From: Candidatus Aenigmatarchaeota archaeon
GTDB taxonomy: Archaea; Aenigmatarchaeota; Aenigmatarchaeia; QMZS01
DNA: 64,000 nt
Direction of reading: 5' to 3'
Assembly: GCA_016932615.1 (NCBI GenBank)
Contig: JAFGCN010000027.1
Span: 15,277 to 79,276, forward strand
Shown piece by piece: positions 19,661-30,186 of the stretch. Position 1 is the stretch's first letter, and each line of letters starts with the position of its first letter. The notes beneath the pieces were generated by a model, which had not been told where the DNA came from, searched no databases, and saw nothing but the letters and a program-made list of their open reading frames with translations. Made by a program: the position numbers and the translations under genes.

Positions 19661-20080
19661 ATGAGAGTTATAAACGCTGAAGGGTGCGTCCTTGGGAGGA
19701 TGGCCGTTGAAGTGGCAAAACTTGCCCGTTCCGGAGAGGAAGTGGCAGTCGTAAACGCAGAGAGGGCCATAATTTCAGGCGCAAGGGATGCGGTTTTCCA
19801 TAAATATGAAGTAAGGAGGCACAGGGGTTGCCCTGAGCATGGCCCTTTTTTCCCAAGAGGCCCTGCAGAGATAGTTAGAAGGTCGGTTAGGGGAATGGTC
19901 CAGATAAGGTCTCCTGAAGGAAAACAGGCCTTTTCAAGAGTCAAGGTTTACGTTGGCGTCCCTGAGGAGTTCAAGGACAAAAAACTGGAGGTTTTCGGGA
20001 AGACCGCAGATAAGATAGACTGCGAGTTTGTCCTTATCGGCGAATTAAGTAAGCATTTGGGTTATGATTATGGCAAGTGA
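19661..20080 (+). CDS. rpl13: 50S ribosomal protein uL13
   Basis: VINAEG..LGR.A, VVNAE...ISG, GPFFPR.P..I.RR.VRGM. Confidence 0.95.
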   Translation: MRVINAEGCVLGRMAVEVAKLARSGEEVAVVNAERAIISGARDAVFHKYEVRRHRGCPEHGPFFPRGPAEIVRRSVRGMVQIRSPEGKQAFSRVKVYVGVPEEFKDKKLEVFGKTADKIDCEFVLIGELSKHLGYDYGK

Positions 20081-20462
20081 AATCTTCGTTGGCAAAAGGC
20101 GTTTGGCAGTTTCAAGGGTAAAGCTTACCCCCGGAAACAAGAGGATTGTCCTTAATGACAAGCTCCTTGAGGCCTACCCGAAGACAATTCAGCTCAAGAT
20201 TCAGGAGCCGCTTATAGTTATTGGTGAAGATGGCTTTGACATCAGGATAAACGCTGCAGGAGGCGGAATAATCTCCCAGGCAGAGGCAGCAGCCCAGGGC
20301 ATTGCCCGTGCAATTGTCTCCCTTAAAGGGGACGAGGCAAAAAAGGCATTTTTGGATTATGACCGGGCTCTCTTGGTTCAGGACCCCAGAAGGGCCGAGC
20401 CGCACAAGCCCTCCAGGTCAAAGAAGGGAGCCAGGCGCCACAAGCAGAGAAGCAAGCGATAG
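20070..20462 (+). CDS. rps9: 30S ribosomal protein uS9
   Basis: GKRR.AV, GGG..SQAEA, YDR.LL..DPRR.E, QRSKR. Confidence 0.95.
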   Translation: MASEIFVGKRRLAVSRVKLTPGNKRIVLNDKLLEAYPKTIQLKIQEPLIVIGEDGFDIRINAAGGGIISQAEAAAQGIARAIVSLKGDEAKKAFLDYDRALLVQDPRRAEPHKPSRSKKGARRHKQRSKR

Positions 20463-20510
20463 TTTAGCCAATTTGTAGAGATGGGCTTTTGAACTTTTTT
20501 TAAATAAGTT

Positions 20511-23500
20511 ATGGAATCTGAGGATAAAAGCTATGACCCAAAAATTGTCGAAAAAAGGGTTTCTCTGGCGTGGAGTGAAAAGAAAGTCCCCGAGAGCATA
20601 GTTTCCTCAAAAAGGGAGAAAAAATTTTACCTTCTTGACGGCCCTCCTTACGTAAACGCCCCGGCTCACGTGGGACACGTAAAGACAACAACCTTCAAGG
20701 ATATCTGGGGAAAATTCAAGTTCATGCAGGGCTATGGCGTGTGGTTTCAGCCGGGATTCGATTGCGGCGGGCTTCCAATTGAAAACAAGGTGGAGCAAAA
20801 GCTTGGCCTCCGGTGCAAGGCAGATATCGAAAAGGCGGGAATCGGGAAATTCATTAAGGAGTGCAGGGTTTTTGCCAGGGGGCACGAGACCGAATGGCTT
20901 GACCTCTACAGGAAAATCGGCGCCTGGAGGGGATACGTCGAGCCGTACCTGACTTCTGAAAATTACTACCGGGAGAGCGGCTGGTGGACAATAAAGAAGA
21001 TTTTCGAGAAGGGGCTTTTGGCGAGGGGCGAAAAGCCGACCTTCTGGTGCCCGCACTGCGAGACCGTGCTAAGCGGCTATGATGTTACCGACTCCTACAA
21101 GGAAATCGAAAGCCCTTCGATTTACATTAAGTTCAAGGCCAAGGGAAAGGAAAACGAGTTCTTCCTTGCCTGGACTACCACCCCCTGGACGCTTCCTGCC
21201 AATGTTTCCCTGTGCGTCCACCCGGACGAGACTTATGTAAGGGCTGAAGTGGGCGGCGAGATTTTCATAATGGCAAAGGACCGCCTTGACCTTCTTGAAA
21301 ATTTGGGGTGGGGCTACAGAATCTTAGAGGAGTTCCCTGGAAAGAAGCTTGAAGGAACCCCTTACGAGTCGCTTATTGACATCCCAATCCAGGCGGAAAT
21401 AGACCACCGCGTAATTCTTTCGATTCCTTTGATGAAAAAGAAGGTGTCCGGAAAAGTGGCTGCCAAAAAGGAAACTGCGGCAGACGAGGAGACACAGTTT
21501 GGCCACCTTGTTGACATAAGCACCGGAACAGGAATTGTCCACATCGCCCCCGGGCACGGTGAGGAGGACTACCGGATTGGAGAGCACTATGGCCTTTCGT
21601 CAATCTCCCCGGTTGATGAGGCGGGAAAATTGTCTGAAGGCACCGGAAAGTTCGAGGGAATCACGACCGACGAGGCGAATGTCTCAGTTTTGGATTATCT
21701 GAAGGAGAAAAACGCGCTTTTCCACAGCGAAAGAATCGTCCACTCGTACCCGCTTTGCTGGAGGTGCAAGACCCCGCTTATCTACAGGAAGACCAAGCAG
21801 TGGTTTTTGAAGCTTGATACGATTAGGGACAAGATGCTTCACGAAAACAAGTCTGTGAGGTGGCTTCCTTCATTTGCCGGCGAGCAATACCACAATGTCG
21901 TAGCGTCTTCCCCTGACTGGGCGATAACTAGGCAGAGGTACTGGGGAATTCCTTTCCCTCTCTGGGTCTGCAGGGATTGCGGCAGGATGAAGATGATTGG
22001 AAGCGTCGAGGAACTGAAGGAAAATGCAGTTTGCAAAGTGCCAGACGACCTGCAGCTTTCAGTCGACTATGTTGATGGCATTAAGTTCAAATGCGAGTGC
22101 GGAGGCGTTATGGAAAGGGAGAGGGAAGTTATGGATGTATGGTTTGATTCAGGAATTGCCCCCTGGGCATCTATTGGTTACCCTTACCAGAACAAGGATC
22201 TGTTTGAGAAGATGTGGAAGGTGGATATGATTACGGAAGGGATAGACCAGATAAGGGGTTGGTTTAATTCCCTGATGGTCTATTCGGTTGCTACCTTTGG
22301 GGAGGGATCTTACAAGGCAGTTGGGCTTAGTGGCTGGAACCTGGACGAGAAGGGGGAGAAAATGTCGAAATCCCTTGGAAACGTCGTTTGGGGGAAAGAT
22401 GCATACAATGACCTTGGGGCTGACATCCTGCGGCTATATGTTTGCTACACAAATGCCCCCTGGGAGGCACAGAGGTTTTCGCTTGAGGAAGCAGGCCAAC
22501 TCAAAAATACCCTGAACACCCTCTGGAACCTTTCGGCTTACCTTGAGACTTATGGCAGGAAAATCGAGGGCGGAAATGGTGTGGCGCTTGAAAATATCGC
22601 TGACCTTTGGCTTGTTTCAAGAATCAACACCCTGGTCGAGGAAGTAACTGACGACCTGGAGAACTTCCGGTTTCACTACGCGTCAAGAAAGCTCATGAAG
22701 TTTTTGATAAACGACTTTTCGCGGCTTTATGTGAAGCTTGTCAGGAGCAGGATTGCAAAGGAAGAGGAAGTCTCCTGCGCCTTCCAGTACGCTCTTATGC
22801 GGCTCGTAAAGCTTCTTGCGCCTTTTGCCCCGTTTTTGTCAGACGAAATCTGGATGAGGTCATTTGAGGGCTCGGTCCATATGTCAGAGTGGCCGGAGTG
22901 TGACAAAAAGAGGGTTGACAAAAAGCTCGAGGAAAGCTTTGAGCTTGCCAAAGAGATAACCGAGGCGATAAACGCCGAGAGGCAGAAGAATGGAGTGGGC
23001 TTAAGGCACCCGGTCCTGAAGGCAACCGTTTATGGAGGAAAAAACGTAAAGGAAGCGGTCAATCAGACCAAAGAAATTGTGCTTACTTTGTCAAACCTGA
23101 AGAACGTGGAGTTTACGGAAAGCGACAATGTCGAGATAAAGCCGAACTTTGCAACCCTTGGAAAGAAATTCGGAAAAGACACTCAAGCTGTTGCAAAGCT
23201 GATTTTGGCGCTTACTTCAAGCCAGGTCAAGGACGAAATGGACCTTGGAGGATTTAAGGTGGAAAAGTCTGACCTCATAATCAGACAAAAGCCGGTTGAG
23301 GGGACAACCTTTTCTGAAGGGTATGTGGCACTTGACCTGACCGAGACGCAGGAGCTTAAGGAGGAGCGCCTTTTAAGGGAGCTTGTCAGGGAAATCCAGA
23401 AGGCAAGAAAAGACGCGGGGCTAAAGGTTTCCGACAGCATAGCACTGGGACTTGAGGACAAGCCGTTTTTGAAGCGGTTCGAGGAGGAAATAAAGGAGGA

Positions 23501-23597
23501 AGTCGGGGCTTCTTCAGTGAAATATTCCGTAACTGACGGGAAGGGCTTTGGGGAGTACAAGGACCTGAAAGTCGGGTTTGGGTTTAAGAAGGCGTAG
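20511..23597 (+). CDS. ileS: Isoleucyl-tRNA synthetase
   Basis: DGPPY...HVGH, WTTTPWTLP.N, GTGIVH.AP, RQRYWG, EGIDQ.RGWF, KMSKS. Confidence 0.97.
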   Translation: MESEDKSYDPKIVEKRVSLAWSEKKVPESIVSSKREKKFYLLDGPPYVNAPAHVGHVKTTTFKDIWGKFKFMQGYGVWFQPGFDCGGLPIENKVEQKLGLRCKADIEKAGIGKFIKECRVFARGHETEWLDLYRKIGAWRGYVEPYLTSENYYRESGWWTIKKIFEKGLLARGEKPTFWCPHCETVLSGYDVTDSYKEIESPSIYIKFKAKGKENEFFLAWTTTPWTLPANVSLCVHPDETYVRAEVGGEIFIMAKDRLDLLENLGWGYRILEEFPGKKLEGTPYESLIDIPIQAEIDHRVILSIPLMKKKVSGKVAAKKETAADEETQFGHLVDISTGTGIVHIAPGHGEEDYRIGEHYGLSSISPVDEAGKLSEGTGKFEGITTDEANVSVLDYLKEKNALFHSERIVHSYPLCWRCKTPLIYRKTKQWFLKLDTIRDKMLHENKSVRWLPSFAGEQYHNVVASSPDWAITRQRYWGIPFPLWVCRDCGRMKMIGSVEELKENAVCKVPDDLQLSVDYVDGIKFKCECGGVMEREREVMDVWFDSGIAPWASIGYPYQNKDLFEKMWKVDMITEGIDQIRGWFNSLMVYSVATFGEGSYKAVGLSGWNLDEKGEKMSKSLGNVVWGKDAYNDLGADILRLYVCYTNAPWEAQRFSLEEAGQLKNTLNTLWNLSAYLETYGRKIEGGNGVALENIADLWLVSRINTLVEEVTDDLENFRFHYASRKLMKFLINDFSRLYVKLVRSRIAKEEEVSCAFQYALMRLVKLLAPFAPFLSDEIWMRSFEGSVHMSEWPECDKKRVDKKLEESFELAKEITEAINAERQKNGVGLRHPVLKATVYGGKNVKEAVNQTKEIVLTLSNLKNVEFTESDNVEIKPNFATLGKKFGKDTQAVAKLILALTSSQVKDEMDLGGFKVEKSDLIIRQKPVEGTTFSEGYVALDLTETQELKEERLLRELVREIQKARKDAGLKVSDSIALGLEDKPFLKRFEEEIKEEVGASSVKYSVTDGKGFGEYKDLKVGFGFKKA

Positions 23598-23706
23598 GGA
23601 TTATCGGGCTTAAGGCAGAACGTTTTTATGAATCATTGAGCAGTGCGTCGATTGCACTCCAAGCCACCTGGCTTTAAGGGTTAAATAGTATCCGGTTTCT
23701 AATTAT

Positions 23707-24468
23707 ATGGCGGAAAACAAAACCTTCAATGGAATAAATGTGACCCTGGTCGAGGATAAGGAAGAGATGACAAAAGTTGCAGCAGAGATTATCCTGGAAA
23801 GGATGAAATCAGCAAATCCGCTAAAGCTGTTGGTGCCGACAGGGACAACTCCCGAAGGGGTTTATGAGCTTTTAAGCCGGCAGGGCGCAGAGGTCCTTTC
23901 CAATGCCATTTTTTTCAATATGGACGAATACGGCCATCTGGAAAATGGGGTTTTCAGGTTTGTTTCCGAAGACCACCCGGCATCATACAGAAAATATATG
24001 AATGAGCGATTATTCTCGAAAATTGCCCCCCGGCCAAGGCATTATTTTCCGGGAATCGAGAACGCAAAGACGCCCGGCCATTACGATGAATTGATTGAAA
24101 ACCTGGGAGGGATTGACCTGTGCCTGAATGCTATGGGCGAGGATGGGCACATCTTTGGATTTAATTCCCCGCCCGAATCGGGCTTTGGCTCTGTGACAAG
24201 AATGGTCAAATTGACCGAAGACACGCAAAGCGTCAACCAGGGCTTGACGGGGCTGGAAACGCCCAGCCACGCTGTCACGGTTGGCCTGAAAACGGGGATG
24301 GCTTCAAAGGAAATCCTGTTTTTGGTGTGCGGGGAGAGAAAGGCGGATATTCTCCGAAAAGTCCTGTATTCCCCTGAGCCCACAGAAGAAATTCCAGCCA
24401 CGATACTTGCAAAACACCCCAACTGCCACTGGATTGTGGACAAGGCAGCGGCCAGCAAGCTTAACTGA
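23707..24468 (+). CDS. nagB: Glucosamine-6-phosphate deaminase family
   Basis: PTGTTP, FNMDEY, GGIDL...MGEDGHI.FN, IPATIL..H. Confidence 0.82.
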   Translation: MAENKTFNGINVTLVEDKEEMTKVAAEIILERMKSANPLKLLVPTGTTPEGVYELLSRQGAEVLSNAIFFNMDEYGHLENGVFRFVSEDHPASYRKYMNERLFSKIAPRPRHYFPGIENAKTPGHYDELIENLGGIDLCLNAMGEDGHIFGFNSPPESGFGSVTRMVKLTEDTQSVNQGLTGLETPSHAVTVGLKTGMASKEILFLVCGERKADILRKVLYSPEPTEEIPATILAKHPNCHWIVDKAAASKLN

Positions 24469-24500
24469 AGGGGCCCTAAGTCAGCAGAGCAAAAAGAACG

Positions 24501-25166
24501 TTATTGCTTTTCATTGATGACAAACCATTCACCTTCGCTAATCACTTCAATCTTATTGCCAATAATTTTCAGCGCGGAATTATCGTCAAGCGCATAGATT
24601 TTTCTGCTTATTTCCTGCCCGACTTTTTCTATGTTTTCTTTCCTCACTTTCTTGAACCATTCGGAGTTCAGGTGCGGCAGGAAATAAAAATCTACGAAAT
24701 TCAGGCCCTTTAATTCTTCGGTTTCCAGCATGTCTTCTTCAAAGAGCTCTTGCGATAGCTTTAATGACAGGTCGGGGTTTGTCACCATGCTTCCGGCGCT
24801 AAGGCCGACATACACCTTATCCTTCAATAGTTCGGGCAATGCCTTAGCCAAGCCGGACTTGTTCAGCCATCTCATCAGGTGGTAGGTGTTTCCGCCTTCA
24901 AAAAACAAAACGTCCGCCCTTTCCAGGCTTGGCTTCCAGATGGTTTCATCGACTGCCGAGATGTCAGTAATCTCGATGGCCTTGAAATTCAGTTTTTTCA
25001 GGTTAATCAGGTCGGCAATTAGCCAGCTTTTGTCCCCGGCTTCAGCATTGCTTGCGGTTGGAATAAAAACAAGGGTTGTTTCTTCTGGTCTTTTGCCAGT
25101 CATTTCAAACAGGGCACTGGCGATTGAATCATTGGTAAGCCCCATTGATGTCAGCAACAGTTTCAT
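24501..25166 (-). CDS. Peptidase E (S51) family
   Basis: FIPTAS, GGNT, G.SAGS, PH. Confidence 0.85.
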   Translation of the reverse strand: MKLLLTSMGLTNDSIASALFEMTGKRPEETTLVFIPTASNAEAGDKSWLIADLINLKKLNFKAIEITDISAVDETIWKPSLERADVLFFEGGNTYHLMRWLNKSGLAKALPELLKDKVYVGLSAGSMVTNPDLSLKLSQELFEEDMLETEELKGLNFVDFYFLPHLNSEWFKKVRKENIEKVGQEISRKIYALDDNSALKIIGNKIEVISEGEWFVINEKQ

Positions 25167-25336
25167 AATATTAGGTGGGGGAGGTATTAAAACTAACCTG
25201 AGGGGAGGTGGTGAAGTTTTTGCAGACCAAAAGCCGGCTTAGCCAAAGGACAAGGGAATTTGGGAGAGGCGAGGGTGGGCTGCTAAATTCTGGAGTAGGT
25301 CTTCGTTAATACAGCTAAGATGTAAACGGAGTGTTT

Positions 25337-26917
25337 CTAATCGGTGTACAGATTCATCAAGTCTTTTGCTTTAGCCATGATTAAACTGGCTCTTTGGTCA
25401 ATAAAGGAGTCATAATCGAGGTCTGCAAAATCTCTTGGAATTAACGATTCGTCGATATACTCATTAAAATGGCGCCTGTCAATTCGCCGAATATATTCGC
25501 TTGGTGCCTCATCCTTTATGGTATTGTTATCTCCTCGGGTTAAGAAACAAATATTGGCCAGCACATTTATTTTTCTTTTCTCAACACTACTTCGCTCCAA
25601 ATGCTTTTTGGGAAAAATGTGGTGAAATTCATGGGTATTTACTTTATTTAATACCCTTTCCAGCTTTATCGTTGTACCACTTACAAAAGAATGTGGCTCA
25701 AGTGAACCTAGTAAAAGAATTAACGTTTTTGAATCGGCACTTCCAGATGAGAACTTACTGTTCTTAAAGTCTACCTTAATTTCATCCAAAGGGTAATTGA
25801 AGCTATGATTTTCGTCATCCTTTAAAGCTTTAAACTCAGTAATATCAACAGCTTGCTTTTCATTAACGCCTGCAGAAAATCTTCGAGTAAAGACCGATCT
25901 CCAAAACCATTTCATCATTTTTTGTTTTTGCTTATCAGTATAAGGTGAACCTTCGGTTCTACAAGTTTCAAAGAAAACACTTAATGGGACAATGAGACCT
26001 GGGAACGGGAGCAATTTGTAATTCTTAATGTTTAATTCCCCTTTTAAGAAGTCAATTGCACCCAACATACCTCTCCTAATGTCTTCAAATCTTTCTCTAA
26101 TTTCTTGACCTTGCATTTCAAGGATTGCCTTGGGAGTAGTTTCTCCTCTAATAATCCCTGCACATATCCTTAATTGTAGGTCTCTATCTTTACACAACCC
26201 TTCGTACCCATGCTCTGCAATTTCTTCTTGAAGTTCGTCAAATTTTTCAACCAGGTCAAAATCTTCCGACCAGCTCCATGCGGACAAAAGTTGAAAGATG
26301 TCTAGCTCTGTACCCGCCCGATTTATTCTTTCAAAAACAATGGCTACACTATTCCGATCTTGTGACTCAAATGTCTCGTTGGGTATTAAGTATTCCTTAA
26401 ATCGGTCTTGAAGATTATCGATTTCTAATTTTTGCTTATCGGATAGCTTTTCCGTTGCTTTTCTATAACCTACCGTATCAAATAATACCTTCATGGGAAA
26501 ATATCTGTTTGAATCAACCTCTGATTCGTCAAGCGCTACAAATAACGATTCTTGGATACTTTCTTTAGCCTCCAAGTCAAAATATATATCCACCCATTCA
26601 TCATCTACTGGTGTAAGAGTGGTTTGAAAAACGCTAAATAAGCTAGTGATTCTTTGTTGCCCATCTAACACATAATTTACAGGATAATCTTTTAGCGGTT
26701 GAGGCAGAACAAATCTTCCCAGATCTTTTTCTGTTGTAAGGCGAGTATCAGTTTTCCATAAAATGATGGTTCCTATCGGAAAACCTTTGTAAATGCTATC
26801 TAGCAAAAATGCTACTTGATCAGGTTCCCAAACAAAATCTCGTTGAAAGGCCGGGATTCTTATATCTCCTGAAGAAATTCTCTCAATCAACTTCCTAATC
26901 GTAAGAGGGTCTCCCAT
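25337..26917 (-). CDS. DUF262 + HNH (DUF1524-like) protein, GmrSD/SspE-related defence nuclease; AT-rich
   Basis: IPAFQRDFVW, FPIG, LDGQQR, FERIN; C-terminal HHIFPK...N...LT...N; likely start ATG at 26917. Confidence 0.85.
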   Translation of the reverse strand: MGDPLTIRKLIERISSGDIRIPAFQRDFVWEPDQVAFLLDSIYKGFPIGTIILWKTDTRLTTEKDLGRFVLPQPLKDYPVNYVLDGQQRITSLFSVFQTTLTPVDDEWVDIYFDLEAKESIQESLFVALDESEVDSNRYFPMKVLFDTVGYRKATEKLSDKQKLEIDNLQDRFKEYLIPNETFESQDRNSVAIVFERINRAGTELDIFQLLSAWSWSEDFDLVEKFDELQEEIAEHGYEGLCKDRDLQLRICAGIIRGETTPKAILEMQGQEIRERFEDIRRGMLGAIDFLKGELNIKNYKLLPFPGLIVPLSVFFETCRTEGSPYTDKQKQKMMKWFWRSVFTRRFSAGVNEKQAVDITEFKALKDDENHSFNYPLDEIKVDFKNSKFSSGSADSKTLILLLGSLEPHSFVSGTTIKLERVLNKVNTHEFHHIFPKKHLERSSVEKRKINVLANICFLTRGDNNTIKDEAPSEYIRRIDRRHFNEYIDESLIPRDFADLDYDSFIDQRASLIMAKAKDLMNLYTD

Positions 26918-27033
26918 TATAGTAGTTATATGGAATACCTCTGTACTCGGTCGTTTTCTGTTGATTTTAGACCCCTTGTTGAGTGCAACACTGTTCAAAA
27001 AACACGCAATAAATAACTCAAAAAAGGTTTTTT

Positions 27034-28110
27034 ATGGCGGAAAATGGAAATCCCCCCGGCGTTATGATTGTTGGCTATGGAGACATGGGAAAAATCCACT
27101 ACAAAAACCTTTTGCCCCTTCAGGAGGAGGGAAAGGTAAAAATTTCCTCGGTTGTTGACAGGGACTATTCCAAGGTGGAGGGGCTTGGCCCAATAGGATA
27201 CGAAAGCGTGCAGCAGGCGCTTGAAGAGACAAAGCCAGACATCGCCCTGGTCGTGGTCAACACGGATACTCACGCTGAGGTTATCGGCGAGCTAATCGAA
27301 TACGCCGGTAAGGAAAAATCCCCCGCAATCTACTGCGAAACCCCTTTCGCGGAGTCTCTTTCTGAGGCGCTTCCCCTGGCAGAAAAGCTTACCGCTCTTG
27401 GCTATGGAAGCGAAATCCCCCTGGGCTTTGCCTACCTCATAAGGTATTCTCCGGCCACCGATGCCCTTATTTCTTACATAAACGACAAAAACCTTCCGGT
27501 CGAAAGCGTTGACATCGCCTGGAGAAAGCTTCGAAAGCCGGCCCGCCCGTCTGCGGGAGTCCACATAGACGAGACGACCCACTCGGCGGACACGGCTCTG
27601 CAGTACATACTTCCGATGACCGGAAACCGCGTAAAGGGAGTAGCCCTTGAAAAAATCCGCCAGGTTTACACCGACAGCATCATCGACAAGGAAAAGCAGA
27701 CCGAGCTTTACGGAAAAGGTTCAGAGAAGATGGTCCCGATGGCGGAAGTTGAGTACACATTGAAGTGCCTGACCGAAGGCGGGAAGCTGATTCCTCTTCA
27801 CGGCTTTTCGTCTTACATGAACCCTGATTTTGTCAGGAGAATCTCGGTTTCATGCGAAAACGGCGAAACCCTGACCACCTATTACGACAAGGCGGGAAAG
27901 GACGAGCTGACAGTCAGGAGAGAGGGTAAAGCTGGGGAGGAGATGCTCGGCTCGTGGAACATGAGCACCCCCGGGAAAAACCGCGTCCGAATGGAGCTTG
28001 AGGACTTCCTTGATTACTACAAAACCGGAAAGCGCTCTCCAAGAATCGCCGGCCTCGATAGTGCGCTCTTTGACCTTCAGGTGACGGGTCTTCTTGAGTC
28101 TTCGCCCTGA
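27034..28110 (+). CDS. Gfo/Idh/MocA-like oxidoreductase
   Basis: IVGYGDMGK Rossmann motif, CETP (EKP-like), D...H..D. Confidence 0.7.
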   Translation: MAENGNPPGVMIVGYGDMGKIHYKNLLPLQEEGKVKISSVVDRDYSKVEGLGPIGYESVQQALEETKPDIALVVVNTDTHAEVIGELIEYAGKEKSPAIYCETPFAESLSEALPLAEKLTALGYGSEIPLGFAYLIRYSPATDALISYINDKNLPVESVDIAWRKLRKPARPSAGVHIDETTHSADTALQYILPMTGNRVKGVALEKIRQVYTDSIIDKEKQTELYGKGSEKMVPMAEVEYTLKCLTEGGKLIPLHGFSSYMNPDFVRRISVSCENGETLTTYYDKAGKDELTVRREGKAGEEMLGSWNMSTPGKNRVRMELEDFLDYYKTGKRSPRIAGLDSALFDLQVTGLLESSP

Positions 28111-28190
28111 AGCTGAAAATAAGCAGCCCTAATAAGCGCAGCAACGCCAACTTATGGTTTAAAGCCAATCCAGATAATGAGGGTTTCAAT

Positions 28191-28829
28191 ATGACAAAAA
28201 TTTTCATCTTTGGAGACAGCTTGCCTTATGGCAAGTGGGACTCTGAAAAAGCCGGGTGGGCAAACCGTTTGAGGGTCTGGCTTGACGAGAAAGTCCTTTC
28301 AGGCCACGGCTACTACGAGACGTTCAACTTCGGCGTGCCTGGCGACTTTTCGGAAGGTCTTTTGAACCGATTCGAGTCAGACCTGAAGCCAAGGTTTCGG
28401 GATGGCGAGGACATCGCGATAATTTTCCAGATTGGGATAAATGATACGCAGTTCATCCCCGCAAAAAGCGTCCTAAAGTCCACAAAGGAAGAGTTCGAAA
28501 AAAACATAGGCCACTTGGCGGCAATCGCCTTGAAGTACACGTCGAAAGTTGCTTTTCTGGGGCTCACCCCGATAGACGAGGAGAAGACGCTTACCGTTCC
28601 CTGGTACCACGACAGCTACTACAAGAACAAGTCCATCCAGGAATACAATGAAATTATAAAAGAAGTATGCGAGAAAAAACAGGTTTATTTCCTCGGCCTT
28701 TTCGAGAAATTAAACCAGAAAAAATATTTCGACAACCTTGTCGACGGGCTCCACCCGAACGCGCTCGGCCACGAGTGGCTTTTCAAGTTCGTAAGGGATT
28801 TTGTGCAGGACAAGAACTTCCTTGGGTAG
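28191..28829 (+). CDS. SGNH/GDSL hydrolase
   Basis: FGDS, GIND, DGLHPN..GH. Confidence 0.9.
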   Translation: MTKIFIFGDSLPYGKWDSEKAGWANRLRVWLDEKVLSGHGYYETFNFGVPGDFSEGLLNRFESDLKPRFRDGEDIAIIFQIGINDTQFIPAKSVLKSTKEEFEKNIGHLAAIALKYTSKVAFLGLTPIDEEKTLTVPWYHDSYYKNKSIQEYNEIIKEVCEKKQVYFLGLFEKLNQKKYFDNLVDGLHPNALGHEWLFKFVRDFVQDKNFLG

Positions 28830-28932
28830 GGATGTGGTGTTTTTATCTCTCAGGTATTTTTGGAAAAATTTTCCTGCCAAATATGACGTAGTCCGAAAGT
28901 AACACTGCCGTATCCTTTTGCAACCACAAACC

Positions 28933-28950
28933 CTAAGTCAATTGACTTAG
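28933..28950. promoter_or_regulatory. Perfect 18-bp palindrome upstream of the thiolase/HMGS operon (candidate operator)
   Basis: CTAAGTCAATTGACTTAG, about 40 nt before the ATG. Confidence 0.45.
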
Positions 28951-28990
28951 TTGGGCAAAACAATATTTAATTACTTGCCTAAGATTACCT

Positions 28991-30184
28991 ATGGCTATTG
29001 CTATAATAGGCACAGGCATTACGCAGTTTGGCGAGCTTTGGGATTCCTCCTGGGAGGAGCTGGTGAGAGAAGCATGCATGGAGGCGATAAAAAATGCCAA
29101 TGTTGAAGTTAACGAAATTGATTGCGGATATTTTGGAAACATGAACCTTTCAAGGTTCGATGGGCAGGACCACTTAGTTGCGAGGATAAATGAATTTTTG
29201 GGGCTAAGCCATGTATTCAGGACAGAGGCCGCCTGCGCATCCGGAAGCGTTGCACTGAAGCTTGCGGCAACACAAGTCGAGCTTGCAGCACTCCGGGGAG
29301 AAAATGACGTTGCCCTTGTCTGCGGATTTGAAAAAATGACCGACCAGATGACGGGCAGGACAACAAACATCCTTGCAAGCGCTTCCCACTTTGACACTGA
29401 GGTCATGAATGGCGCTACCTTTCCGGGGCTTTACGCGCTTCTTGCCCAGAGGTACCTGCACGAGACAGGCGCAACAGAGCAGGACCTTCATGCAATTGCA
29501 ATAAAAAACCACAAGAATGCAACGCAAAACAAGAAGGCGATGTACAGAAAGGAAATTACGATGAGCCACTTCAAGAGCCATGTTGCAACCCCGCTTTCGC
29601 TTTTCGACTGCTCTCCGATTTCAGACGGCGCAGCGGCGATGCTGGTGACTACAGAAAAGTGCGCCAAGTACCTTGGAGTTGAGTACGTGAAGCTCGAGGA
29701 TATTGAGGTCTGCAACTCCTCGATTTCACTGGCAAAAAGGTTTGACCCTCTTGTGCTTGATGCCGGGGTTTGCGCGTCAAAGCGTGTTTACAAGCGAATG
29801 GGCATTTCACCTAGGGACATTGACCTGATAGAAGTTCATGACTGCTTTACTATTAACGAGATTTTGTGCCTTGAGGCGGCGGGATTTGCAAAGCGCGGTG
29901 AAGGGTACAATCTCATAAGGAGCATCCTTCCATATGACAGCATAAACCAGCTTACCCCGCCGGTTCCTTATACAGTGGATGGAAGGCAGCTTTATGTCAA
30001 CACTTCAGGCGGGCTGAAGGCAAAGGGACACCCTGTCGGGGCGACGGGAGTTGCACAGATTATCGAAGTCTGCGACCAGATTCTTGGAAAGGCGGGCGGC
30101 AGGAACGTAAACCCCAATATTGGGGCAGCCCTCAATATCGGAGGGACCGGAGGAACAGCGGTTTTTTCTGTTCTGAGGAGGTGA
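28991..30184 (+). CDS. Acetoacetyl-CoA thiolase (archaeal type)
   Basis: EAACASG, CSPISDGAAA, EVHDCF, GGLKAKGHPVGATG. Confidence 0.93.
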   Translation: MAIAIIGTGITQFGELWDSSWEELVREACMEAIKNANVEVNEIDCGYFGNMNLSRFDGQDHLVARINEFLGLSHVFRTEAACASGSVALKLAATQVELAALRGENDVALVCGFEKMTDQMTGRTTNILASASHFDTEVMNGATFPGLYALLAQRYLHETGATEQDLHAIAIKNHKNATQNKKAMYRKEITMSHFKSHVATPLSLFDCSPISDGAAAMLVTTEKCAKYLGVEYVKLEDIEVCNSSISLAKRFDPLVLDAGVCASKRVYKRMGISPRDIDLIEVHDCFTINEILCLEAAGFAKRGEGYNLIRSILPYDSINQLTPPVPYTVDGRQLYVNTSGGLKAKGHPVGATGVAQIIEVCDQILGKAGGRNVNPNIGAALNIGGTGGTAVFSVLRR

Positions 30185-30186
30185 TT

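Noticed and set aside
19561..19944. N-terminal extensions of rpoN (192 aa) and uL13 (181 aa) in the ORF track
   Set aside because: Homology begins at ATG 19560 and ATG 19661; the extensions are read-through of the divergent promoter and opposite gene
24495..25200. Peptidase E gene as an integron cassette (GTTAGTT upstream, TAAC at the stop)
   Set aside because: The ends are not complementary beyond TAAC and no attC-like hairpin follows; short AT-rich matches are expected by chance
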